Shown piece by piece: positions 1 to 8,848 of a stretch of 64,000 nucleotides of DNA (position 1 is the stretch's first letter; every line of letters begins with the position of its first letter). The translations under genes and the position numbers were made by a program. Location of the stretch: IMG/VR virus record IMGVR_UViG_3300026549_002532, positions 12,676 through 76,675 of that record; one strand, given 5' to 3'. Source of the DNA: a virus (lineage: Duplodnaviria; Caudoviricetes). The notes under the pieces were generated by a model. The model made no database searches, was not told where the DNA came from, and saw only the letters and a program-made list of their open reading frames with translations.

Positions 1-573
1 TGCCTTGCCCTCTGGTGATGAGAGAAAATCCACGTCCTCGTGGTTGTCTTGGAACAAGTTTTCTGTCAGCACCGCAGGGCAAGCTGTGTTCTTCACCACA
101 TAGAAATTGGCTTGCCAATAGTGTTCGCTGGGGATGGAGCGGTTGCCGCGCAACCCCATGGCGATTGCGGTATCGCAAAACGATTTGGCGAGCCTCTTAC
201 TCGCTGCGGAGCATTGTCGAGCCACATAGACCGCGAAGCCTCGTGCTGTGTGCCACTGCCCGTCAGAACCTGCGGCGTTGACGTGGATGCTCACGTAGAC
301 GCAGTTCTGCGTGCCGAACTTTGAGCAAATTCCGTTGACGTACCGGCAACGGAGCGAAAGTTCGGTGCTGCCCGGTCGTGGCACCTCGTCGCCTGGCATA
401 TCGACAAAGACGAGCAAGCCGAGTGCTTCGAGTTGTGGCTTGAGCAGGTTGATGACTTCACGGCTGAACCTGTACTCACGGAACTTCTTATCGGGCGAGC
501 ATTTCCCCGGCACGTTGCTGCCGTGCGCCGTGCCGAGGATGACTACTTTATTGGCGGTTGTGTTCTGCATCAT
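1..573 (-). CDS. N-acetylmuramoyl-L-alanine amidase (Amidase_3-type endolysin), runs off window edge
   Basis: Not in ORF track; manual translation MMQNTTANKVVILGTAHGSNVPGKCSPD..FRE..SIHVNAAG..PAVLTENLFQDN; ATGA overlap with upstream gene. Confidence 0.9.
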   Translation of the reverse strand, partial: MMQNTTANKVVILGTAHGSNVPGKCSPDKKFREYRFSREVINLLKPQLEALGLLVFVDMPGDEVPRPGSTELSLRCRYVNGICSKFGTQNCVYVSIHVNAAGSDGQWHTARGFAVYVARQCSAASKRLAKSFCDTAIAMGLRGNRSIPSEHYWQANFYVVKNTACPAVLTENLFQDNHEDVDFLSSPEGKA

Positions 574-1052
574 GATTTCTGAGTTGTGTATAGTCTAATT
601 TGATTTTCTGCGACCATCACCGAGGCGGTGCAATTAAAGCCATGGTTCTGTGAAATTTCTCCAATTAGTCTAACGCTACCATTCGATGTTACTTGATCTA
701 CTTTCAAAATAGCAGTAACAGAGTATGATAGATTGTCCGGGTTGGCATTATAGATGACCGTGGTCTTGGGGTCGTCTTTCAAAATCTGCGCAAATTGCGC
801 CACAGTGATTTCGGTCTGCGCCTCATCGCAAGTAACCGCCTTGTAGAGCGGTGTTCCTCTGTAGTTTTCTCCGTTAAGCATCAGCTCGTAGGCATCGGGA
901 TTGTTCTCGATGGCATACGACTTTTGCGTGTATTCCGGTGTTGTTTCGGGCGCAACATTGTGGAACTTTCCGTCGCTGCCCTTGTAGCGCAGCGACCGCT
1001 CTTCGCCCTCGGTGACTTCCTGCGGTCTGATGTTCATTACTCTCTTTTTCAT
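570..1052 (-). CDS. Hypothetical phage protein, paralog of 1056-1532
   Basis: Shares ~35 aa N-terminus (MKKxVMNIRPQE..GxERSxRYKGSDGK) with neighbour. Confidence 0.75.
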   Translation of the reverse strand: MKKRVMNIRPQEVTEGEERSLRYKGSDGKFHNVAPETTPEYTQKSYAIENNPDAYELMLNGENYRGTPLYKAVTCDEAQTEITVAQFAQILKDDPKTTVIYNANPDNLSYSVTAILKVDQVTSNGSVRLIGEISQNHGFNCTASVMVAENQIRLYTTQKS

Positions 1053-1055
1053 AAC

Positions 1056-1532
1056 TTATGCGTTGTTTATGAACAGTCTAATCTCATTACTTGTCTTGTT
1101 GACGTATGCGTCAATGACATCTGTCTTATTACCTGCAAGTGTTCCCTCAAGCCGCACCTCACTCAAATCCGCATGGATTTGATTGGGACGCAGCAGGACA
1201 ATTCTCTCATACGAGCCGGAACCTTTGGTGCGGAAGATTATCGTTGTGTTCGGGTCGGCAACGATGATGTCAACCAGTTCGCTTGCCGAGATTTCAGTCT
1301 TTGCCTCGTCGCAGGTGTAGGCGTTGAACTTTTTCTGTCCTCCGCCTACATATTGGCCGGAGAATACGAGTTCGTAGGCATTGGGATTGTTTACGACCGC
1401 ATAGGATTGTGCGGTGTTACCGCCATCGGGTGCGATGTCGTGCATCTTTCCGTCGCTGCCTTTGTAGCGTACCGACCGCTCACCGCCATCGGTGAATTCC
1501 TGCGGTCTGATGTTCATCACTTTCTTTTTCAT
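1056..1532 (-). CDS. Hypothetical phage protein, paralog of 570-1052
   Basis: Conserved N-terminus, divergent remainder; tightly coupled to holin and next gene. Confidence 0.75.
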   Translation of the reverse strand: MKKKVMNIRPQEFTDGGERSVRYKGSDGKMHDIAPDGGNTAQSYAVVNNPNAYELVFSGQYVGGGQKKFNAYTCDEAKTEISASELVDIIVADPNTTIIFRTKGSGSYERIVLLRPNQIHADLSEVRLEGTLAGNKTDVIDAYVNKTSNEIRLFINNA

Positions 1533-2017
1533 TGTTCTTCGGTGTTTGTAAAGTTAATAGTGGGACGTTTTCTCTCAAGTTCTTGCTTCTTGGCCATCAT
1601 CTCCATTGCCTGGGTGACGATGGCTGCGATGTCGTCTTTGTTCTTGACAATGACGTTGAAGGTGTTTGCCGCCTCGCGCAACTCCTGCTTGTCGTGCGTG
1701 CTTTCAAGCACCGACTTCCATTCGCAGAAGATGTTGAACGCGCCCATGAGCAGCGTGAAGAACGGTGCGGGCAACACGACGGAAGTCAGCACGTCGATGC
1801 AGGAAAGGCACAACATGGGGAGAAAGTACTTGGTTGCTTTCTCGGTGGTCATTTTCAATGCCCGGCTTGTTGTGACTTTACCTGCGAGTTTCGCCTTGCG
1901 CAGTCCGGCGATGAAATCGACGGTCATCGCCAGTATCACGGCGATGTATGCGATGGCGAGCCACACGGCATGGATGTGTAGTGAGGCGTTTTTGAGTGTT
2001 TCGATAAGAAAATCCAT
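1529..2017 (-). CDS. Putative holin
   Basis: Hydrophobic segments, VDFIAGLRKA..TSR..K pattern and CEWKSVLE typical of phage holin family 4; upstream of amidase. Confidence 0.75.
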   Translation of the reverse strand: MDFLIETLKNASLHIHAVWLAIAYIAVILAMTVDFIAGLRKAKLAGKVTTSRALKMTTEKATKYFLPMLCLSCIDVLTSVVLPAPFFTLLMGAFNIFCEWKSVLESTHDKQELREAANTFNVIVKNKDDIAAIVTQAMEMMAKKQELERKRPTINFTNTEEQ

Positions 2018-2071
2018 AGATTTCAGTCTGATTATTTGGTTGTTAAAGAAATTGTTTGTACCTTTGTAGCA

Positions 2072-2164
2072 TTCAAACGATAGGGCCGCTGCTCTGTCCG
2101 TATATATGGATGTCGCTCTTGCTCATCCTTGTCTTTATAGGTGTGCTCTCGCTCACCTTTTTTT
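2072..2164 (+). ncRNA. Candidate antisense sRNA upstream of holin
   Basis: TTTG 2035-2038, 20 bp spacer, TACCTTTG 2059-2066; two hairpins, last followed by T7 at 2158-2164. Confidence 0.5.
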
Positions 2165-2168
2165 GTGC

Positions 2169-3656
2169 CTACCGCTCGAAAATCCATTCGAAGCCCTCCG
2201 CTGTAATAGCATTGCTGACGTGGAACGGCACGATTGGCGTGACGAGGTTTTGAGCCAGCAGCCTCTGCCGCTTGCGAGCCTTTTGGTTGGCGAAAGCGAG
2301 TCCATAGAGCAAGCGCACTTTGCGGTTGACAAAGTTGCCTTGTTCGTTCTTCCTCATCAGCTCCACTCTTGACTTGCCGTATGGCACATAAGGGCGACCA
2401 CTACTTATGTCCGTCGCTTCGTTTATGAAGAAGCGTGCTTCACACTGATAGTCTTCGAATTCATCAAGTTCGAGATTGTCATGAGGCAGCACTTTCTTGG
2501 AAATTTTCACTTCCTCGAGTGGCCCGAATGTGATGGTGTCGCAGTCACCGACCACATTCCAGCCTTTGCGCAGTTCGCCATGATCCTTGATGCCATTGAT
2601 TTTTCTCCTGTTCCGTTTTCTTGAATATCGGAACAGATATGGCGTGTAGCCTTGCCGCACGAGCGCGAGTGCGCCATGCAGACGCAAGGCTTCAATGCCG
2701 CGGTTGATTTCTATGGCGAGAGGGAAATAAGTCTTGTTTACGGTGTAGCCGTCGCTGCCGAACACGGCTTGCCGCAGTGCTTCCAACTGCTTGCAGTGCG
2801 CTGCAGTCATCACTCCTGCGCCATGCTGCGAGGCTGCCGAGAGAAAGAACTGCTGCAATTCTATCTCTCGCTCGCCAGTGGCGAGGTTGTAGCCGAACAG
2901 CTGTATGCCGATTCTGTTGGTGTCGATGAGGCATACCGATGCTCCGTCGACCACAGCCCCTGCGCCTTGCACGGTGCGCATCTTGGCTTGCAGGGTGGAG
3001 ATGTCGGTCTTGGCGTTGGCGAGCGACGTGACGTGCGCCACCGTCATTGCTCCCGCCTGGCTGGTGTTGGCAGCAGCGATTGAGCAGGTGCCCAGCCCAG
3101 CGAAATCCTCACCTGTTCGCACATCGTGCTTGGTGAGGGAAAGATTAATCTTTGAGGCATTGCCTGTTCCCTGGCGAATGTCGGTCACGACATAGCCAGC
3201 CGCTTGAATCGCCGCCAACTGCCATCCGTGCTGTTGAGCGGTGGACTGCAAGGCGGTAACCGCCGAGCGCACCTGCGGCAGCGAGGCCTGTAACGACATG
3301 ATGGCTTGCACATGGCTTGCTGACATCACCCCGGCTTGCATGTCGGTTGCCGCCGACAGCGGCACCGACGAGGTGAAGGTCGCGCCGTTGCGCAGACTTC
3401 TGCCTTTTAGTGTGAGAAACATGTGCTCCATGTCGACCATGCCGGTAGCGTGGGCGACATCATAAACGACGACGTATTGCGAGAGCATCGTTTTCCAGTC
3501 ATCGAGGATTTGCCGCTCCGCGTCCGTCGATGCGGTGGCGAGCAGGTCGACAATATCTTGCAGCAGCTTGCCGACAGTCTCTGGCGAGATGGACTCCTTT
3601 TCTGTCTCGACCCGAAAAGCGGAAACGAGTGAGGTGAGTTGTGAAATATCAATCAT
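2169..3656 (-). CDS. Putative tail fibre / virion protein (likely start MIDISQ at 3656)
   Basis: Three internal repeats of xLxAAxxxxAGxMxxxHxxxL; TACTTTTG -7 element at 3677-3684 supports the shorter start. Confidence 0.6.
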   Translation of the reverse strand: MIDISQLTSLVSAFRVETEKESISPETVGKLLQDIVDLLATASTDAERQILDDWKTMLSQYVVVYDVAHATGMVDMEHMFLTLKGRSLRNGATFTSSVPLSAATDMQAGVMSASHVQAIMSLQASLPQVRSAVTALQSTAQQHGWQLAAIQAAGYVVTDIRQGTGNASKINLSLTKHDVRTGEDFAGLGTCSIAAANTSQAGAMTVAHVTSLANAKTDISTLQAKMRTVQGAGAVVDGASVCLIDTNRIGIQLFGYNLATGEREIELQQFFLSAASQHGAGVMTAAHCKQLEALRQAVFGSDGYTVNKTYFPLAIEINRGIEALRLHGALALVRQGYTPYLFRYSRKRNRRKINGIKDHGELRKGWNVVGDCDTITFGPLEEVKISKKVLPHDNLELDEFEDYQCEARFFINEATDISSGRPYVPYGKSRVELMRKNEQGNFVNRKVRLLYGLAFANQKARKRQRLLAQNLVTPIVPFHVSNAITAEGFEWIFER

Positions 3657-3749
3657 AATCTTTTGCGATTTTGTTGCAAAAGTAGATTGATACGGTTGCT
3701 CAGCAAAAGACACGATTTTTGGCGAAAAAATTGTACCTTTGCAGCCACT

Positions 3750-4073
3750 ATGACACGAGAAGATGCGATAACTTTTTGCCGTTATTATAAAGGTGAGGAT
3801 GAAAGTCCTTATTCAGACCAAAACGAATCGATGCTTTGGTTTTATGAACGTGCATGGGTATATAAAATGTTTCATGAAGATACTGATAGTTTTGGAATAA
3901 TGTTGGAAGAATACTTATTCTCAGGGCTTTCAGACTTTGAGAAGTTTGATGATATACCGATAACTCTAAAGGCTTTATTGTTCAATCGTTATTGTAAGAC
4001 TGCTCAATCTATGTTGTCCGCAGTAGAACCTTTCAAAAAATTTTATCATAAGTATTACACTGACCATCAATGA
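3750..4073 (+). CDS. AT-rich moron gene, hypothetical (MTREDAITFCRYYKGE...)
   Basis: Opposite strand to operon; own TACCTTTG at 3734-3741; low GC. Confidence 0.7.
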   Translation: MTREDAITFCRYYKGEDESPYSDQNESMLWFYERAWVYKMFHEDTDSFGIMLEEYLFSGLSDFEKFDDIPITLKALLFNRYCKTAQSMLSAVEPFKKFYHKYYTDHQ

Positions 4074-4504
4074 TTGCGCCCGAAATCTTTTGATAAAGCA
4101 GAACATAGGATGCCCGTGAACGAGCGTCCTATGTTGTCTTCATAGAACTCTTTGATTCGCATGACCGAAGCGTAATACTTTCGCGAGAACCAACGGCGGC
4201 GTTTGCGCTTTTTGGCACGGCCGAGATCGCCGGAGTTTCCACGAGGCGTTTCTCTGCCGGTGCCGTAGTCCTGCCACAAGCCGTATTCGAGAAAGGCTTG
4301 TGAGAGGCCAACCTCGAAAAAGCGACCGTCGGCACGCACCGGGAACGCCTTTGGCGATGCCAGCAGTGCGCCGGTGTCGATGACACCAAGCAGCGTGATT
4401 TGCTCCTGCCAAATCTTCAGCATGGTGTCATTGAAGCCGTTGACGAACTTCTGTCGCTGTTCAAGGGCTTGTTGCTCGGTGATGTTATTCCCACTCGTCG
4501 GCAT
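4067..4504 (-). CDS. Putative head-tail/neck (virion morphogenesis) protein
   Basis: IDTGAL and YG..QDYGTG motifs; position downstream of portal. Confidence 0.55.
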   Translation of the reverse strand: MPTSGNNITEQQALEQRQKFVNGFNDTMLKIWQEQITLLGVIDTGALLASPKAFPVRADGRFFEVGLSQAFLEYGLWQDYGTGRETPRGNSGDLGRAKKRKRRRWFSRKYYASVMRIKEFYEDNIGRSFTGILCSALSKDFGRNH

Positions 4505-4985
4505 TGTATCTCAAATCGGTATAGACATCGACGGCGATCTGAAAAAAAGCGCAGGCGCAGCCCGAGAAAAAATATCGGTCAATTTCGTTGAACGATATTC
4601 TCGGGTCAAGGTAGATGCACTGCTGCTCCAGTTTGGTTTTCTCCAAAATGAGCAGCGACATGAACTGGCGGAACAACTCGCGCATGGTGTCCATGCAGGT
4701 GTTGCGAGCCTTCATGTCATCAATCTTGTGGCGCATCGCCATGAACACTGTCTTCACACGGCGCGTGCGCGGTGTGTTGTTCAGCTCGGTGAAGCCGTTG
4801 GCGATGTCGCTCACGCAGACAAATGCCAGCGACTGCTGCATATTGTCAAGCGCCTCCTCGAACCCGTCCAGACCGCTGACACGGCAAAAGGTGAAATGTT
4901 CACTTTTTGCGAGGCGGTTGGTCGCGGTGAGGTGTTCAAAAAACTCGGTCGCGTTCCAGCGACCATCGGGAAACAGATTGATCAT
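4485..4985 (-). CDS. Hypothetical phage structural protein (tail-completion-like)
   Basis: Coupled within head-tail operon. Confidence 0.5.
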   Translation of the reverse strand: MINLFPDGRWNATEFFEHLTATNRLAKSEHFTFCRVSGLDGFEEALDNMQQSLAFVCVSDIANGFTELNNTPRTRRVKTVFMAMRHKIDDMKARNTCMDTMRELFRQFMSLLILEKTKLEQQCIYLDPRISFNEIDRYFFSGCACAFFQIAVDVYTDLRYNADEWE

Positions 4986-5758
4986 TTCGTTGGGAATTTA
5001 CGATTTAGTTCTTCATACTCGCGTGCTTGCGCATCGAGTTCGGTGAGTGCCCGCCAAGTGTCGAGCGAGAGCACTTCTTTCTCTTTGGTGATGTCGCCTT
5101 TAGTGAGGGCACGAATTTGAGCGTTGACGGCGTTTTGCAGCATTTCATACTGCGAACCGCCGTGCTCAATCATATTGCCGTCGGCACCGCTTGCGTTGCC
5201 GGCCGGCTGAAAGAAGTGCTTGAACACTTTGGCGAAAAGGGCTTTGATCGAGGCGAACCAATAGAAAACAGAAACCCTTTCTTTGTCACAAAGTTGAATG
5301 TTTTCAGCATCGTAGAGCTGCTTTGCCATCTCATCGAGCAGGTTGTCCTGCTTGGTGGCTAGATAACCCTGATAGAGGTTATCGCAGACGATGAACGTCT
5401 CAAACGGCACTCCCTCGAAGTCCGACGGCACGGCTCGGTGTCTGCCGATCCGTGCGATGCGGACGGGCATAGTCGGCAGCGTGTCAATCCAATCGAGCGA
5501 GGTAATGGCGGCGATGATTTGCGGAGCAAATATGACAAATTCGTCTTTAGCGAATTTGCAGTACCAGCCTTTGCCGTAGCGGTGCATTACCTGCATACCC
5601 GACCATCTGAACAAGCAATAAGTCTTGACTTGTTGCGATGGGAAATTCAACGAGAGCAGACCGAACAAGTAACGGAGTTGCTTGTCGGTCAAAACTTCCC
5701 ATCCTGTGGGAAGTTTGAGGTCGATGTTGACCACGGGTAAATCAGAAGAAGTAGCCAT
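4982..5758 (-). CDS. Hypothetical phage protein (likely start MATSS at 5758)
   Basis: Shorter start removes most overlap with upstream gene. Confidence 0.6.
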   Translation of the reverse strand: MATSSDLPVVNIDLKLPTGWEVLTDKQLRYLFGLLSLNFPSQQVKTYCLFRWSGMQVMHRYGKGWYCKFAKDEFVIFAPQIIAAITSLDWIDTLPTMPVRIARIGRHRAVPSDFEGVPFETFIVCDNLYQGYLATKQDNLLDEMAKQLYDAENIQLCDKERVSVFYWFASIKALFAKVFKHFFQPAGNASGADGNMIEHGGSQYEMLQNAVNAQIRALTKGDITKEKEVLSLDTWRALTELDAQAREYEELNRKFPTK

Positions 5759-6596
5759 GCGCTTGTTTTTTGTTCTCGAAGATGGGTGGTTCAAAAAGTT
5801 TGTAGGTAGCGGATTGCCGGAACTCGGGGAATAGCGCATCGTGCTTACGCATGTAATCCACGATGTCGCGCAGCGACGGCACGTTCAGGGCGTTGCCCTG
5901 CAGTGCCGCCACCACGACCGAGCGTAACCGCTCGATGACTTGGGCGTGGCTTCGCTGCGTGAGCGAGAAGTCCCACGACATGGCGAACACCTCGTCACGG
6001 AACACGGCGAGTTGTTCCGGCGACACATATTCCTCGGCGATGCGCTGCTCAATGTCGATGGCTTTAGTGCGCAAGCCTAAGTAGTTCGCCCACCGATGGT
6101 CGGTGAAACCGCAGAGGTTGGCGAGGTCGATAAATGGGAACAGCGTGGCGGTGAACCATCGGCGAATGGTGGTGTCGTACCATTCCGTGATGCGGAACAG
6201 GTACGCCACCAGCTGCTCTATGCAGTCGTCTCGGCTGGCTTCGAGCGAGGCGATGAGCCGTGCCACGCGGTCACGGCTTGCCGGTACCACGTTCTGGTTG
6301 CTCACAATGCCGAAGCCATTGGGCGTGAGCACCAGGTCGAGGCTCGGCACGGCACGCATCATCGCCTCATGCGTCACGACGCACGCGGCGGTGACGCGCA
6401 CCGGCTCGTCGGGGTCGAGCGTGAGGAAGGTGTCGGCGAAGCCGTCACCCACGAACTGCGAGAACAGCCACCGCTCAGCGGTCTGGAGCCACGGCAGCAC
6501 GCGGTCGAAAAAAGGCGTTTCGCCTCTCGCTGTGGCGAAAGCGTTGGGCAGGTATCTGCGCAACTGCTCGTCATTTGTTATCAGTCTTGTTGCCAT
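5742..6596 (-). CDS. DUF6712-like head-tail adaptor candidate
   Basis: Directly after portal; AIPSLDLVLTPNGFGIVSNQN-type motif of this Bacteroidales phage family. Confidence 0.6.
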   Translation of the reverse strand: MATRLITNDEQLRRYLPNAFATARGETPFFDRVLPWLQTAERWLFSQFVGDGFADTFLTLDPDEPVRVTAACVVTHEAMMRAVPSLDLVLTPNGFGIVSNQNVVPASRDRVARLIASLEASRDDCIEQLVAYLFRITEWYDTTIRRWFTATLFPFIDLANLCGFTDHRWANYLGLRTKAIDIEQRIAEEYVSPEQLAVFRDEVFAMSWDFSLTQRSHAQVIERLRSVVVAALQGNALNVPSLRDIVDYMRKHDALFPEFRQSATYKLFEPPIFENKKQAHGYFF

Positions 6597-7932
6597 TGTT
6601 ATCGGGATTGATGGTTACACTTTTTGCATCCATGTGCTCGTCAAGTGTCGTGAGTTGTATGAACGGCACATCGACTTTGCAGCCCTGCCAGCCGTTGAAG
6701 CGTATGATCATTTGATGGACGGTGAAAAGCAGGTCGTGATACGGCTTTTGCAGGGCCTGGGCGATGGTGTAAAGCTCGCGCTTGTCGCTGCCGCTGTTGT
6801 TGGTCTGCGTCTTGCCGGGCACCGAACCTACGAGGTTTGAGTGTACGCGCATGGTGAAGCAGACCATGTTCACGGCCTCCTGAATGTCGGTGCTCCAGTC
6901 GCCGCCCTCTTTGGTGTCGGAGTCAATCTTGTTGATGACGACCTCGTGCTGCACCTCGCCTGTGGGAGCCACATAGAATGTGGAGAACCACACCTTGCCA
7001 GCGTTCTCAACGCCGGTGAGGAAGTCGAGGATCTGCTGTTTCTCACGGACTATGCGTTTCTGTTGCTGGTGGCGGTCGGTGATGCCCTCGGCCTTGAAAA
7101 TCGAATCCCAATATTTGTTGGAGATTTCGATTTGGTACTTGATGGGTGCGTTGTTCTTCAGTTTGGCCTCTTTCGCCATGCCGATGAGCTGCTTAATGTT
7201 GTACCACTTTCCGCGGAACAGCGAGCCGTAGTACGGTATCGGGTAATACGTGCTGTCGGGTGTAGGAACACGTGTCAGCACGGCGAACTTGCGCGACTTG
7301 GTGCGGACGCGCTTGCGCCCGTCATCGCCGGGGATGCGTCCGAGACGAATGGCGAGGTCGCGCCACGGCGTGTTGATGTCGAGCAAGTCGATTACCTCGA
7401 TGTCCTCAGGGCGTGCTACGGACTGGCGCCAGTTGGCATAGAGGATTGAGCGGATTGCGCCGTCTTTGTCCGCAGGGGAAAGTCGGCAGTAGCAAGCCTC
7501 TTTGCGGAGCAAGCGCACAATCCTCGTGCCCTCGGTGTTCAGTATGATCACCGAGACACAAAAGGCGAAGTGCTTGAAGTCCTGGCAGACCCCGAGGAAA
7601 TAACTGGGCAGCGCGTTGTCGAGCAGGAAGTCCTCGACCTGCTGCTTGACCGTAGCGGTGCACGCCTCGGTGTCGTACTTCAATCCGCTGCCGTAGCACA
7701 CTTCTGCATTGAACTGCTGGCAAGTGGAAAGCGTCTCATCGTCCTCAATCAGTTTGAGGATATTATAGGGCATCATGTTGTCGCCGCCCCACGGCATATA
7801 GGACAGCGACTTGTCGATGATGGTTGGCACCATATCAACATCTTCCTTGAATACCTTGCCCGAATCCACCTGAAACGCCGCCGAGGCGTTCAGCGAGGGA
7901 ATGTTCTCTACACTATTAAAATTTAACTCCAT
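6571..7932 (-). CDS. Phage portal protein
   Basis: 453 aa; YMPWGGDNMMP, TPDSTYYPIPYY, ENAGKVWFS, GSDKRELY motifs; context. Confidence 0.8.
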   Translation of the reverse strand: MELNFNSVENIPSLNASAAFQVDSGKVFKEDVDMVPTIIDKSLSYMPWGGDNMMPYNILKLIEDDETLSTCQQFNAEVCYGSGLKYDTEACTATVKQQVEDFLLDNALPSYFLGVCQDFKHFAFCVSVIILNTEGTRIVRLLRKEACYCRLSPADKDGAIRSILYANWRQSVARPEDIEVIDLLDINTPWRDLAIRLGRIPGDDGRKRVRTKSRKFAVLTRVPTPDSTYYPIPYYGSLFRGKWYNIKQLIGMAKEAKLKNNAPIKYQIEISNKYWDSIFKAEGITDRHQQQKRIVREKQQILDFLTGVENAGKVWFSTFYVAPTGEVQHEVVINKIDSDTKEGGDWSTDIQEAVNMVCFTMRVHSNLVGSVPGKTQTNNSGSDKRELYTIAQALQKPYHDLLFTVHQMIIRFNGWQGCKVDVPFIQLTTLDEHMDAKSVTINPDNNGNKTDNK

Positions 7933-8071
7933 AATTCTGCGATTTTAACACCGCAAAATTATGGAGTTAGATCCGATGCCTAAAAGACAAGTTTATTTGT
8001 CTGATGAAGGAGATGCGCAAGCAAAAAGTTCTATTATATCTTTTTTTAAATCACGAAGAACAGCGGAATCG

Positions 8072-8563
8072 TTACGGCTTGACCATCTTGTGGTTCTCGG
8101 TTGTGCCGTCGGCGCGGGTGATGACCATCACGTTCACGCCGCTGAAAGGCCTGTCGCTCACTGCGCCAGTGATACTGACGTACTTCACGCTCGCAACATC
8201 GGTCGCGCCGGTGGTGATCACTTCCTCAATGCCGGTGACGATTTCTTCGCCAGGCCGGCGAATTTTGAGAACGCGTGGCGCAGATGCAGATGTGGTTACG
8301 CTGTCTAAGGGAAGATAACACCGATGAGCCGGCAATGTGCCCGTACGGCTAAGGATGAACTTGTCGCCGTAGAGCACATAGCCCGACGTAATCTCCGTGT
8401 CCTCAAGAGAGCCTTTCAGCATAGAGGTGTAATCCCAACTCGCTCTATTTGATTCGACCGTGGTGACTTCATCCATGGGAGTCTCGCTATAGAGCAGCAC
8501 GCCCATCCTGCGCGGTATAAAAGGCGGATGGTCGCCATCAGACAAGAGTTCTTCGATTTGCAC
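8072..8563 (-). pseudogene. C-terminal fragment of a secreted surface protein, paralogous to 8849-10462
   Basis: GVLLY..GYVLYGDKFILS..HRCYLP and VASVKYVSITG..PFSGVNVMV C-terminus; no signal peptide, scrambled 5' end. Confidence 0.6.
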
Positions 8564-8848
8564 CTGGCCGGCGCGTGCCGTCAGCCCTATGCTGGGGAAA
8601 AGGTGGTGGTAGGTGCGGCTCTAGTCATCGATGCGCACGCCCTGGTTGTGTAGTAGTCGCTGGTCACGTTCTCGTTACGCAGCCCCACTCGCACTTGCCC
8701 GAAGGGTAGGTGATGAGCTGATTCATAGCACTAGATCAGTGCAAGTACTATTAAGCGGTTCGTGATTTGCATAGTAAACTATCATTTGAAAAAAAGCGGG
8801 TGCCTCAATCACAAGGCACCCACCCTTAGTTCATAAATAACATTGTCG

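Noticed and set aside
570-1532. Shufflon/invertible cassette
   Set aside because: Copies are direct, each has its own start and stop, and no inverted crossover sites or invertase are seen
795-2069. 424 aa + strand ORF (and similar long antisense ORFs, e.g. 24315-26366, 33591-34598, 34520-35587)
   Set aside because: Shadow frames of recognisable minus-strand genes; no motifs
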